Origin: an uncultured Gammaproteobacteria bacterium
GTDB taxonomy: Bacteria > Patescibacteriota > Patescibacteriia > Magasanikbacterales > GWA2-37-8
NCBI GenBank assembly: GCA_964533715.1
Contig: CAZHNI010000001.1
Span: 5,514 to 69,513 of the forward strand
Reading direction: 5' to 3'
Length of the DNA: 64,000 nt
Each line of letters starts with the position of its first letter. Within the stretch, counting starts at the first letter, position 1. The notes beneath the pieces were generated by a model. The model worked only from the letters and a program-made list of their open reading frames with translations. It had not been told where the DNA came from and did no database searches. Positions 40,236 through 49,592 of the stretch are shown piece by piece. Made by a program: the position numbers and the translations under genes.

Positions 40236-41999
40236 ATGAAATATAACACAAGATTAACGTTAAAAATTTATTGGAGCGAAGCACGTCGACACTGGCTTTC
40301 GATGATTATTATTGTTATCGGAGTGGTGGGCGGTTCTTTTGCTGGAATTATTATCCCCCTTTATTTTAAGGCATTTTTTGATATTCTAGCGAGCTCAAAT
40401 TCATCAGCTGCTTCGGTCTCGGCTCTTTTTGGAGTGCTTGTTGCCATTGCCATGGTTGAGGCTGCTCGTTGGCTGTGTTGGCGCACCGCTGGTTTTTTTA
40501 ATAATTATTTTCAACCAAAAGTAATGGCAGCTTTGGCTAATCGATGTTTTGCATATTTGCACAAGCACTCTTTTGGGTACTTTAACAGCAATTTTGTTGG
40601 CTCTTTGGTTAAGCGTGTTAATTGGTTTACGCGCGCCTTCGAAAGTGTCGCCGATAAAATTACCTGGACATTCATTAACTTGTTTGTAGATTTAGGCGTG
40701 GTGGTGTTTATTTTATTTCGAAAAGATTTTCGTCTAGGCCTCGGCAGTTTAGCTTGGATTATTTTATTCTTATCGGTAAACTGGATTTTTACTTCATACA
40801 AATTACGGTTTGATATTAAACGCAACGAAGCCGAAACAAAAGCCACCGGTGTTTTAGCCGATACCATTACTAATAACAGTAATGTGAAGTTGTTTGTTGG
40901 GTATGGGCGCGAACGCCAAAGGTTTGCTGAGGCTATGGAAAAGGTACGCTATCTTCGCCGTTTCACTTGGAACCTCGACAGTGTATTTGAAGCTGTGCAA
41001 GGTTTTTTGGTAGTTTTGTTTGAGCTTGGTATTTTTTACTTAGCCACTATTCTTTGGAAAGAAGGACATTTAACGGTAGGTGACTTTGTCCTGCTTCAAT
41101 CATTCCTTATAATAATTTTTGATAAGGTGTGGGATTTTGGGAAGATCGTGCGTAATTTGTATACAGATTTATCGGATGCCGAAGAGATGACTGTCATATT
41201 AAATACCCCGCACGAAATTCAGGATGCTCCGGGAGCCAAAAAACTGCGCGTAGAAGCGGGTCTTATTCAGTTCAAGAATGTCGATTTTTATTATCACGAG
41301 ACGCGCAAAATTTTCCGAAAATTAAATTTGGAAATTGCCGGCAGTGAAAAAATTGCCTTAGTTGGCCCATCGGGGGCAGGTAAATCTACCATTATCAAAT
41401 TGCTTCTTCGCATGCATGATGTTTCGGGTGGGAGTATTTATATTGATAACCAAAAAGTATCGGCTGTAACGCAAGAAAGTTTGTGGGGAGCCATTAGTAT
41501 GGTGCCGCAGGATCCAATTTTGTTTCACCGCACGCTACTAGAAAATATTCGCTACGGCAAACCAGAGGCTACGGATGAAGAGGTGATTGCGGCCGCCAAA
41601 CTCGCACATTGTCATGAATTCATTTCGGAATTTCCAGACAAATATGAAACTTATGTGGGCGAACGCGGTGTCAAATTATCTGGCGGTGAACGTCAGCGTG
41701 TAGCTATTGCCCGGGCAATTTTACGCAACGCTCCAATACTGGTACTCGATGAAGCCACCTCGAGTCTTGATTCAGAATCCGAACATCTTATTCAAGATGC
41801 GTTGGCCAAACTCATGGAGAACAAAACCGTTATTGTAATCGCTCACCGTCTGTCTACTATAATGAAAATGGACAGAATTTTAGTGGTAGACCACGGCGAG
41901 GTGGTAGAAAGCGGTACCCACCAAGAGCTTCTTAAACTCAAATCCGGCCTTTATCATCAGCTGTGGAAACGACAGGCAGGTGGGTTTATACAGGACTAG
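40236..41999 (+). CDS. ABC exporter, fused TMD-NBD (MsbA/ABCB-like)
   Basis: TM domain, GPSGAGKST, LSGGERQR, LDEATSSLD, AHRLST. Confidence 0.92.
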   Translation: MKYNTRLTLKIYWSEARRHWLSMIIIVIGVVGGSFAGIIIPLYFKAFFDILASSNSSAASVSALFGVLVAIAMVEAARWLCWRTAGFFNNYFQPKVMAALANRCFAYLHKHSFGYFNSNFVGSLVKRVNWFTRAFESVADKITWTFINLFVDLGVVVFILFRKDFRLGLGSLAWIILFLSVNWIFTSYKLRFDIKRNEAETKATGVLADTITNNSNVKLFVGYGRERQRFAEAMEKVRYLRRFTWNLDSVFEAVQGFLVVLFELGIFYLATILWKEGHLTVGDFVLLQSFLIIIFDKVWDFGKIVRNLYTDLSDAEEMTVILNTPHEIQDAPGAKKLRVEAGLIQFKNVDFYYHETRKIFRKLNLEIAGSEKIALVGPSGAGKSTIIKLLLRMHDVSGGSIYIDNQKVSAVTQESLWGAISMVPQDPILFHRTLLENIRYGKPEATDEEVIAAAKLAHCHEFISEFPDKYETYVGERGVKLSGGERQRVAIARAILRNAPILVLDEATSSLDSESEHLIQDALAKLMENKTVIVIAHRLSTIMKMDRILVVDHGEVVESGTHQELLKLKSGLYHQLWKRQAGGFIQD

Positions 42000-42005
42000 G
42001 GTAAT

Positions 42006-42074
42006 TGTCATTCCGAGCGAGGCCAAAGGCCGGCGAGAAATCTCTGTCTCAATCAAATGGACAGAGATTTTTTT
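42006..42074. repeat. Truncated TGTCAT-family element (left arm plus inner hairpin)
   Basis: TGTCATTCCGAGCGA...AAATCTCTGTC/GACAGAGATTT plus T run; no ATGACA end. Confidence 0.8.
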
Positions 42075-42122
42075 CTGGACAAATGTTTATATTTGTGCTA
42101 AAATGAGCAAAAATTATCGAAT

Positions 42123-42187
42123 TGTCATTCTGAGTGAAACGAAGAATCCTCCTATTATGAAGATCCTTCGCTCCGCTCAGGATGACA
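42123..42187. repeat. Minimal 65-bp TGTCAT-family element
   Basis: TGTCATTCTGAGTGAAACGAAGAATC...GATCCTTCGCTCCGCTCAGGATGACA. Confidence 0.9.
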
Positions 42188-42199
42188 GACGATTATCAC

Positions 42200-43411
42200 A
42201 TGACTAAAATTGTCAAAACAATAGAATCCATTCTAGCTAATGAACCCGCCTTCCGCATTAAGCAAATTGAAAAGGCGTGGTTTGATGTGTCCTTAAATTC
42301 GTACGATGAAATTACTACCTTGCCAAAAGAGCTTCGCGAAAAATTAAAAGATATTCCCTGGTTAAGTTTGGAAGTCCACACCGAATTAAAAAGCAAAATG
42401 GATAACACGCGCAAATACCTTTTTAAACTAGGGGATGGGAATTTGATTGAGATGGTCTTGATGGGTCGTATGTCATTGCGAGCCCCGAAGGGGCGCGGCA
42501 ATCCCCCTGATTTGATCGAGGACGTTGACGAGGAGATTGCTTCGTCAGTCGCTGCGACGCTCCTTTCTCGCAATGACACATCGGCGATTGGCCGCGACAC
42601 CAGTGGCGATCGTTACACCATCTGTATTTCATCTCAAGCCGGGTGCCCCATGCGGTGTGCGTTTTGCGCCACGAGCAAAAGCGGTTTTAAGCGTAATCTT
42701 ACCGCCGAAGAAATTATAGATCAATATCGTTTCGCCCAGCGACTACTGGCCAAAGAAAATAATCGGGTGAATAATATTGTGCTCATGGGCCAAGGGGAAC
42801 CGCTGGTAAACTATGAGAACGTAAAAAAAGCGATCAATACTATTTTAAAAAACAGCGACATCGGCTCTACCAAAATAACTCTATCCACTGTTGGTTATGT
42901 GCCCGCCATGGAAAAAATGATAACCGACACCGACTTTCCGCCGGTGCGTTTTGCCTTGTCACTTCACAGCGCTATAGAAGAATCGCGTAAAAAAATTATT
43001 CCAACGCACAAACCAGGGTTTTTGGAATGGCTCGTGAAGTGGGGGAATGCCTACCACGAAAAATTTGGCAACCGCACCCATTTTATTGGTTTTGAGTACA
43101 TTATGTTAAGTGGGGTAAATGATGATGAAGCACATTTGAAGGCACTGATAAAATTGTGCAAACGTTTTCCTATCGTTCGCGTTAACCTCATTCCGTACAA
43201 CACCACCAACGATGCCGGTGAGGTTGATGAAATTAATAAATTGGAAGAACAAATGGGCTCTAATTATCGCATTTTTACCCGCACCCCGCACGAGCTTATT
43301 GAACATTGGCACGAGAGTCTTATGGATGCGGGAATTACGTCCACTATCCGTTATTCGCAGGGGCAGGATATTGCGGCGGCGTGTGGGCAACTCCGGAATA
43401 AAGAAAAATAG
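42200..43411 (+). CDS. rlmN: Radical SAM RNA methyltransferase RlmN/Cfr family with in-frame insert
   Basis: ISSQAGCPMRCAFC, MGQGEP, SLHSA, NLIPYN, IAAACGQL. Confidence 0.9.
   Translation: MTKIVKTIESILANEPAFRIKQIEKAWFDVSLNSYDEITTLPKELREKLKDIPWLSLEVHTELKSKMDNTRKYLFKLGDGNLIEMVLMGRMSLRAPKGRGNPPDLIEDVDEEIASSVAATLLSRNDTSAIGRDTSGDRYTICISSQAGCPMRCAFCATSKSGFKRNLTAEEIIDQYRFAQRLLAKENNRVNNIVLMGQGEPLVNYENVKKAINTILKNSDIGSTKITLSTVGYVPAMEKMITDTDFPPVRFALSLHSAIEESRKKIIPTHKPGFLEWLVKWGNAYHEKFGNRTHFIGFEYIMLSGVNDDEAHLKALIKLCKRFPIVRVNLIPYNTTNDAGEVDEINKLEEQMGSNYRIFTRTPHELIEHWHESLMDAGITSTIRYSQGQDIAAACGQLRNKEK
42471..42578. repeat. TGTCAT-family element, in frame in rlmN
   Basis: TGTCATTGCGAG...CTCGCAATGACA, 108 bp. 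Confidence 0.9.
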
Positions 43412-43446
43412 ATTTTAGGCACTAACTAATCTAACTTTATTATAGT

Positions 43447-43950
43447 ATGTTTGAATTAATAATAGATATAACCAACAAATTATTTCCTTTATCTGGCATC
43501 GTTGCTTTGCTCTCTACAACAGTTGGTATTTGGTTGGCGTTGGCTGAGTATAGGTTAAAATTAAGAGCAGAATCGAGAATTGCCGACAGTGCCAAAATTG
43601 AAGCTGATATCAATTTAATTAAACATTTTACTGAATTGATGAATGTTGCCCACGCTAGAAGCGGTTATTCAGTTTCTGAAACCGTGATTGAAAAAATGTT
43701 TGAAAATGGATTTTTTACTGATGATGATAAAAATAATTTGGAAATTTTAAATCAAAAACTAGAAGATGCTGCTATTTTGACATTGCCTGTAGGTCTTGCC
43801 GCACAGGATGCAGCTATGGCTGCAATTTCTGTTTTGGCAAAAAAACACGATATTTTAAAAAAACCGGCGCTTCAAGCATTAGAATCAATGAAGTTTTTTA
43901 AAAAAGAACTGTCCGAAAAATACATCACGGAGATTAATGCCAGCAACTAA
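43447..43950 (+). CDS. Hypothetical membrane-anchored protein
   Basis: 167 aa ORF with N-terminal TM. Confidence 0.6.
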   Translation: MFELIIDITNKLFPLSGIVALLSTTVGIWLALAEYRLKLRAESRIADSAKIEADINLIKHFTELMNVAHARSGYSVSETVIEKMFENGFFTDDDKNNLEILNQKLEDAAILTLPVGLAAQDAAMAAISVLAKKHDILKKPALQALESMKFFKKELSEKYITEINASN

Positions 43951-43996
43951 ATCAATCGCTTGACACAAATTCCGCCAAAGTTTAAACTATAGATAT

Positions 43997-44257
43997 ATGA
44001 ACGAAGATAAAATTATCATGGAAATAGTCGAACTCAAAACTGATGTAACAGAAATTAAGGAAGCAATGAAAACTACTTTAGTGACTAAAGCAGATCTCGA
44101 ACCAATTGTGCGTACCCAAGATGAAATTTTGGTTATTCTAAAACGCCTTGATAATGAACGTCTTGTTAATAATCATAGGATTACAAATCTAGAAGATAGG
44201 GACGAAAAACACAACAAGGACATAACTCAAATCAAAGTTAATCTAAAAATGGCCTAA
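43997..44257 (+). CDS. Small coiled-coil hypothetical protein
   Basis: 86 aa heptad-rich ORF; TTGACA-N17-TAAACT promoter at 43960-43988. Confidence 0.65.
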   Translation: MNEDKIIMEIVELKTDVTEIKEAMKTTLVTKADLEPIVRTQDEILVILKRLDNERLVNNHRITNLEDRDEKHNKDITQIKVNLKMA

Positions 44258-44344
44258 ATTATAGCGTTTTTTGCGATTTGTAAAGCTTACCAAATTACGA
44301 TATACTAGTACCACTAAATTGGTACTTTTTTAATTGCGGACAGT

Positions 44345-44370
44345 GATTCTTCACTGCGCTCAGAATGACA
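44345..44370. repeat. Right-arm remnant of TGTCAT-family element
   Basis: GATTCTTCACTGCGCTCAGAATGACA. Confidence 0.7.
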
Positions 44371-44376
44371 GAAAAT

Positions 44377-47300
44377 ATGGGAAAATACTCTTTAAACAAG
44401 GCGCAACGTGAAGCCGTGGAGTATACCAGCGGCCCGCTTTTGATTGTGGCTGGGGCGGGGACGGGAAAGACGACGGTGATTACAAGTAAAATTTGTCGGT
44501 TGATTGAGGAAAAACTCGCCAAACCCGAGGAAATTTTGGCATTAACGTTTACCGAAAAAGCGGCGGCGGAAATGCAGGATAGGGTAGATGAGATAACCAA
44601 TATTGGCTACGCCGATCTCCACATTTCTACCTTCCACGCCTTTTGTCAAAAAATTCTGGAGCGGCATGCCATTGATATCGGCCTCTCCAATTCGTTTAAA
44701 CTCCTCACCGACACGGCGGGCTGGGTTTTGCTCCACAAAAATTTGGATAAATTTAATTTGGATTACTACCGACCGCTCGGCAACCCTACTAAACACATTC
44801 ACGAATTTTTAAAACATTTTTCTAAGTGCAAAGATGAATTAATTACACCGCAGGAATATTTGGAGTATGCGGAAGGTTTAAAATTGAACAATGGACGAGA
44901 CCCCACCCTGCCCTCCCCTTTGCGAAGGAGAGGGGACAAAACCCCCTCCTCTGCAGAGGAGGGGGTAGGGGGAGATCTCGCGGAGGTCGAGCGGCTTACG
45001 GAAATTGCCAACGCGTATCACACGTATAATCAACTGCTTTTGGACAACGCGCTATTTGATTTTGGCGATTTGCTTTTTTATACCGTCAAATTATTTCGCG
45101 AACGGCCGAATGTGCTCAAAATGTTCCAGAATAAATATAAATATATTTTGGTGGATGAATTTCAGGATGTGAACTATTCGCAGTATGAATTAATTAAACT
45201 CCTGGCGGACGCCTCATTGTCATTTCGACCGGAGCCCCAAAGGGGCGAAGTGGAGAAATCCCTGTCTCAATCACGAACGGACAGAGATTCCCTGCCTGCA
45301 CCATGCCTGCGCATGCAGGAGGCAGGCTCGTCGGCCTCCGGCCTCGCTCGGAATGACAATATTGTTGGTCCCAACCTCACCGTGGTAGGGGATGATGACC
45401 AAAGTATTTATGCCTTTCGCGGCGCCAGTGTGGCGAATATTCTAAGGTTTAAAGATGATTATCCAACAGCCAAAGAAGTGGTGCTATCGGAAAATTTTCG
45501 TTCCGGCCAAAAGATTTTGGATGTGGCGTATGAGTCTATTCAGAACAATAACCCGGATCGGTTGGAAGTGAAGTTAAAGATAGACAAGCGACTAAAGGCC
45601 AAAAGGCCATCTGTCATTTCGACGACGAAGGAGAAATCTCTGGCTCACCAAACGATGAATAGAGATTCCCTGCCTGCACCATGCCTGCGCATGCAGGAGG
45701 CAGGCTCGTCGGCCTCCGGCCTCGCTCGGAATGACAATGGGGATGGCGTGGTGATACATTTGCACAAACCAACCGTCGAAGACGAGGTAGCGGCTGTTTT
45801 GGACGAAATTACGCGTATTAAAACGGTTACCGAAGGCGTAACCTGGGATGATTTTGCTATTTTGGTTCGTGCCAACAATCACGCGGATGCGTTTATAAAC
45901 CAACTGCAAACACGAGGCATTCCATACGAATTTTTGGCTTCTAGCGGATTGTATCGTCAACCGATTATTTTGGATTGCATAAACTTTTTTAAACTCCTGA
46001 ATAATTATCACGAATCCAGCGCAATTTATCGACTGCTCTGTTTACCTTTTTTTGAATTTAGAGAAAATGATTTACAAAAAATTACCTTTAATGCCAAGCG
46101 CAAAAGTATTTCGTATTACGAAGCACTCAAACGCGCTCCCGAATTTGATGTGTCGCAAGCAGGGATTAGCGTGTGTGCTAAATTGGTGGAAGTAATTCAT
46201 GCCGGCCTCCAGAGTATGCGTTACGAAAAGCCATCGGTGGTGCTGTATTCATTTTTGGAAAATAGTGGTTACCTCAAATACTTAACACACCAGGAAAACG
46301 AAGGTAAGGGCGATGTGATTCGCCAAATTCATTATTTAAAACAGTTTTTTGATTACATTGCGCAGTATGAATCGGTAACGCCTGAGGCGCATGTGGTCGG
46401 GTTTATAGAGCATTTTATGATGGTAGTGGACGCGGGTGATAAGGGAAGCCTCTACCAGCCGAGCGACACACCGGATTCCGTAAATATTTTGACGGTGCAC
46501 GCCTCCAAGGGCTTGGAATTTCGCTATGTGTTTGTAGTGAATTTGGTAGAAGATCGGTTTCCATCACGCAGTCGCAGTGACGCGCTGGAAATTCCGCTTG
46601 AACTCGTGAAAGAGCAATTGCCGGAAGGCGATAGCCATATTCAAGAAGAACGACGATTGTTTTATGTGGCCATGACGCGCGCCAAGGAACGTTTGTATTT
46701 TACCAGCGCGAGCGATTATGGTGGTACGCGCACAAAAAAGATTAGCCGATTTTTGGCGGAGTTAGATTTTGGTTCTGTCATTCTGAACGGAGCAAAGCGC
46801 AGTGAAGAATCCCTGTCTGCGCAGGCAGGTCTGTCTCAATCACCAACCGACGGACAGGGATCCTTCGCTTCGCTCAGGATGACAAAAAAAGTAAATGAAA
46901 TGAGTGAGCGAGTGTACGAAACGCCAAAAACTTTTTCATTCTCACAATTGCGATCGTACGAAACCTGTCCATATCAATACAAACTGGCGCATATTTTGCA
47001 TATCCCCATGAAGGGCAGTGCGAGTTTTAGTTTTGGTTCCAGCATGCACAACACACTCCAAGCGTTTTATGAACGGGTAATTGAGCTTAACAGTTCCAAA
47101 CAAGTCTCACTTTTTGACACACCCAAACCATCTGTCATCCCGAGCGTAGTCGAGGGATCCCTTTCGCCAACGTCAAGGGATTCCTCCACTCCGCTACGCT
47201 CCGGTCGGAATGACAAAGCGGTGAAAGTACCAGAATTTGAGGAGCTCTTAAAAATGTACGACGCTAAGTGGATTTCGGATTGGTTTAAGGATAAACGCCA

Positions 47301-47790
47301 GCGCGAGGACATGTACAAAAAAGGTAAGGAAATTTTGAAAATATTTTATACTTCGCAAGAAGGCAATTGGAATATTCCAATTGGTTTAGAAAGCTGGTTC
47401 AAAATCAAGGTGGGGGATTATGTGATTAACGGACGTATTGACCGTTTGGATCAGCTCCCCGATGGTACCATTGAAATTATTGACTATAAAACCGGACAGG
47501 GCAAAGATAAATTAACCAGCGACGACAAAGAGCAACTTTTGTTGTATCAAATTGCAGTAGAAGAAATTGCCGAGTTTAAAGCGTACGGCAAACCAAGCAA
47601 ACTTACTTTCTACTATCTCAACGATGATTTAAAAACATCGTTTATTGGTGAACCAAAAGATACTGAGAAATTAAAAGAAAAATTCAAAACCACCATCGAG
47701 AGTATCGTCAAGGGAGATTTTACCGCCACACCCAGTCAATTTATTTGCGGCCGATGTGATTTTAGGGATATTTGTGAGTTTAGAGTATGA
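44377..47790 (+). CDS. UvrD/PcrA-like SF1A helicase fused to PD-(D/E)XK nuclease (Adn/AddA-like), five in-frame repeat inserts
   Basis: AGAGTGKT, TFHAF, VDEFQD, VGDDDQSIYAFRGA, TVHASKGLEF, EERRLFYVAMTRA; GRIDRLD..IIDYKTG; CGRCDFRDIC. Confidence 0.93.
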   Translation: MGKYSLNKAQREAVEYTSGPLLIVAGAGTGKTTVITSKICRLIEEKLAKPEEILALTFTEKAAAEMQDRVDEITNIGYADLHISTFHAFCQKILERHAIDIGLSNSFKLLTDTAGWVLLHKNLDKFNLDYYRPLGNPTKHIHEFLKHFSKCKDELITPQEYLEYAEGLKLNNGRDPTLPSPLRRRGDKTPSSAEEGVGGDLAEVERLTEIANAYHTYNQLLLDNALFDFGDLLFYTVKLFRERPNVLKMFQNKYKYILVDEFQDVNYSQYELIKLLADASLSFRPEPQRGEVEKSLSQSRTDRDSLPAPCLRMQEAGSSASGLARNDNIVGPNLTVVGDDDQSIYAFRGASVANILRFKDDYPTAKEVVLSENFRSGQKILDVAYESIQNNNPDRLEVKLKIDKRLKAKRPSVISTTKEKSLAHQTMNRDSLPAPCLRMQEAGSSASGLARNDNGDGVVIHLHKPTVEDEVAAVLDEITRIKTVTEGVTWDDFAILVRANNHADAFINQLQTRGIPYEFLASSGLYRQPIILDCINFFKLLNNYHESSAIYRLLCLPFFEFRENDLQKITFNAKRKSISYYEALKRAPEFDVSQAGISVCAKLVEVIHAGLQSMRYEKPSVVLYSFLENSGYLKYLTHQENEGKGDVIRQIHYLKQFFDYIAQYESVTPEAHVVGFIEHFMMVVDAGDKGSLYQPSDTPDSVNILTVHASKGLEFRYVFVVNLVEDRFPSRSRSDALEIPLELVKEQLPEGDSHIQEERRLFYVAMTRAKERLYFTSASDYGGTRTKKISRFLAELDFGSVILNGAKRSEESLSAQAGLSQSPTDGQGSFASLRMTKKVNEMSERVYETPKTFSFSQLRSYETCPYQYKLAHILHIPMKGSASFSFGSSMHNTLQAFYERVIELNSSKQVSLFDTPKPSVIPSVVEGSLSPTSRDSSTPLRSGRNDKAVKVPEFEELLKMYDAKWISDWFKDKRQREDMYKKGKEILKIFYTSQEGNWNIPIGLESWFKIKVGDYVINGRIDRLDQLPDGTIEIIDYKTGQGKDKLTSDDKEQLLLYQIAVEEIAEFKAYGKPSKLTFYYLNDDLKTSFIGEPKDTEKLKEKFKTTIESIVKGDFTATPSQFICGRCDFRDICEFRV
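44896..44980. repeat. CCCC...GGGG palindromic element (second family), in frame
   Basis: CGAGACCCCACCCTGCCCTCCCCTT...CCCCCTCCTCTGCAGAGGAGGGGGTAGGGGGAGATCTCG. Confidence 0.8.
45218..45358. repeat. TGTCAT-family element with nested 36-bp CCTG...CAGG unit, in frame
   Basis: 141 bp; nested unit 45291-45326. Confidence 0.9.
45612..45736. repeat. TGTCAT-family element with nested 36-bp unit, in frame
   Basis: 125 bp; 78 bp identical between 45283-45360 and 45661-45738. Confidence 0.9.
46776..46884. repeat. TGTCAT-family element with nested 18-bp CCTGTCTGCGCAGGCAGG, in frame
   Basis: TGTCATTCTGAACG...CGCTCAGGATGACA, 109 bp. Confidence 0.9.
47133..47215. repeat. TGTCAT-family element, in frame in the nuclease domain
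   Basis: TGTCATCCCGAGCG...GGTCGGAATGACA, 83 bp. Confidence 0.9.
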
Positions 47791-48122
47791 TGAGACCGAT
47801 TGGTGATATAATTAGCAAACACTTGTCGACAAAATCGACTGTTTTAACCGGTGCGCGAGCCGCCAATTTTGTTGAACTTGCCAATGATTGGCTTTACAAG
47901 GAATTTGGCCCGGACGTGAGAACCTTTGCCTCTGCAAAATATTTTAAGACCGGGGCTCTTTCAATCACCTGTCTCAATTCGGTAGTCGCCCAGGAAATTA
48001 GGCTACGAGAGGCCTCTTTACTCCAATTTTTAGCTCAAAAATCAGGTTCATCAATGGTCAAAAAAATACTCTATAGGCAGATTCCGGAGAGCGCCTATGA
48101 GGACTTGCCAAACGGCGATTAA
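47787..48122 (+). CDS. DciA/DUF721 family protein
   Basis: MRPIGDII..GALSITCLNSVVAQEIRLRE..LL pattern. Confidence 0.7.
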   Translation: MMRPIGDIISKHLSTKSTVLTGARAANFVELANDWLYKEFGPDVRTFASAKYFKTGALSITCLNSVVAQEIRLREASLLQFLAQKSGSSMVKKILYRQIPESAYEDLPNGD

Positions 48123-48139
48123 AGAATTAGAATAGGGGA

Positions 48140-48523
48140 ATGAAACCACGCTTTTTCTTGTTTACCATGCTCGGAATAAGCATCCTATGTTGGGTAGCTT
48201 TTGTTTGCATTGTATTTAATATTGACCCAACCGCGGCTTCATTTTTTGGATTCGGTGCCTTTTATACCAGTTTGTTTTTAGCCTTAGCGGGTTCTTTTTT
48301 TGTCATCGGTATTTTAATTTATTTTGCCATCAGCGATAATCAGCAACTGTTATTTCGATACTTAGGGAATATTTTTTTACATTCTTTACTTTTATCGAGC
48401 GGAATTATTGTTAGTTTAATTTTACTAGGTTTTGGTTTGCTCCGTTGGTGGAATGAGTTGTTCGTTTTGTTAATTATAATTTCTATTGAGGGTGTATTTT
48501 ATTCTTATAGAATTGAAGGTTAA
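48140..48523 (+). CDS. Hypothetical 4-TM membrane protein
   Basis: Hydrophobic ORF. Confidence 0.65.
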   Translation: MKPRFFLFTMLGISILCWVAFVCIVFNIDPTAASFFGFGAFYTSLFLALAGSFFVIGILIYFAISDNQQLLFRYLGNIFLHSLLLSSGIIVSLILLGFGLLRWWNELFVLLIIISIEGVFYSYRIEG

Positions 48524-48533
48524 AAGATTTTGT

Positions 48534-49583
48534 ATGTTTGCGAATGTATTTAAAAAATTGCGACGAGAACTGGGGATTGATCTGGGAACGGCCAATACCC
48601 TTATTTATGTAAAAGGACGTGGCATTGTAATTAACGAACCAAGCGTGGTGGCGGTAAATACTCGTACCGAACAGATTTTGGCTGTAGGGCACGAAGCCAA
48701 AGAAATGCTTGGTAAAACCCCGCCGCATATTGTAACTACGCGCCCGTTAACCGGGGGTATTATTTCGGATTTTGAAGTAGCGGAAAAAATGCTTAAATAT
48801 TTTATCGATAAGGTATACGAGGACGGCGGTTTAAATTTTCTGTCACGTCCCCGAGTTATTATTGGTGCCCCGGTAGATATTACCGAAGTGGAACGGCGCG
48901 CCATTGCTGATGCGGTAATAAGCGCGGGGGCTCGCGAAGTTTGGATTGTAGAAGAACCTATGGCTGCGGCGATAGGTTCAAGAATGCCGGTACGAGAGCC
49001 AGTTGGTAATTTGATTGTCGAAATTGGCGGGGGAACCTGTGAAATTGCAGTTATTTCCCTCAGTGGTATTACCACTCGCAAATCTATAAAAATTGCCGGT
49101 GATGAACTGAACCGTAATATTATGAATTACGCCCGTGATGTATTTGGTTTACTACTTGGCGAAAGGCAGGCCGAAGAAATAAAAATTAAAGTTGGTTCGG
49201 CAGTTGAACTAACTGAACACATTGAGTTTCCTATGCGCGGTCGAGATATTGTAAGCGGGTTACCGAAAGAAATAATGATTAACGATGGTCAAGTGCGCGA
49301 AGCAATTATAAAGTCCCTCCGTACCATTGTAGAAAATATTAAAAGTATTCTCGAAATTACTCCTCCGGAACTTGTGGCCGATATTCACGAGCGTGGCATT
49401 CTTCTCTCAGGGGGCGGAGCGCTTTTGCGAGGTATGGATCAGTTAATTCACCGCGCGCTGGAAATTCCGGTTCGCATTGCTGATGATCCGCTTACTGCAG
49501 TGGTGCGAGGTACTGGAATTTTGCTTGATGAGGATGATCTTCTTAAAGAGGTAGCTATTTATCCCGATCATTCTTCACGTTAA
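48534..49583 (+). CDS. mreB: Rod shape-determining protein MreB
   Basis: GIDLGTANT, EEPMAAAIG, IGGGT, SGGGALL. Confidence 0.96.
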   Translation: MFANVFKKLRRELGIDLGTANTLIYVKGRGIVINEPSVVAVNTRTEQILAVGHEAKEMLGKTPPHIVTTRPLTGGIISDFEVAEKMLKYFIDKVYEDGGLNFLSRPRVIIGAPVDITEVERRAIADAVISAGAREVWIVEEPMAAAIGSRMPVREPVGNLIVEIGGGTCEIAVISLSGITTRKSIKIAGDELNRNIMNYARDVFGLLLGERQAEEIKIKVGSAVELTEHIEFPMRGRDIVSGLPKEIMINDGQVREAIIKSLRTIVENIKSILEITPPELVADIHERGILLSGGGALLRGMDQLIHRALEIPVRIADDPLTAVVRGTGILLDEDDLLKEVAIYPDHSSR

Positions 49584-49592
49584 AATACATGT

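Noticed and set aside
41980-42207. 75-aa ORF between ABC gene and rlmN
   Set aside because: Mostly translation of two palindromic elements.
46920-47790. Cas4 / CRISPR adaptation role for the C-terminal nuclease
   Set aside because: Fused to an SF1A helicase in a housekeeping context; fits Adn/AddAB-like repair.
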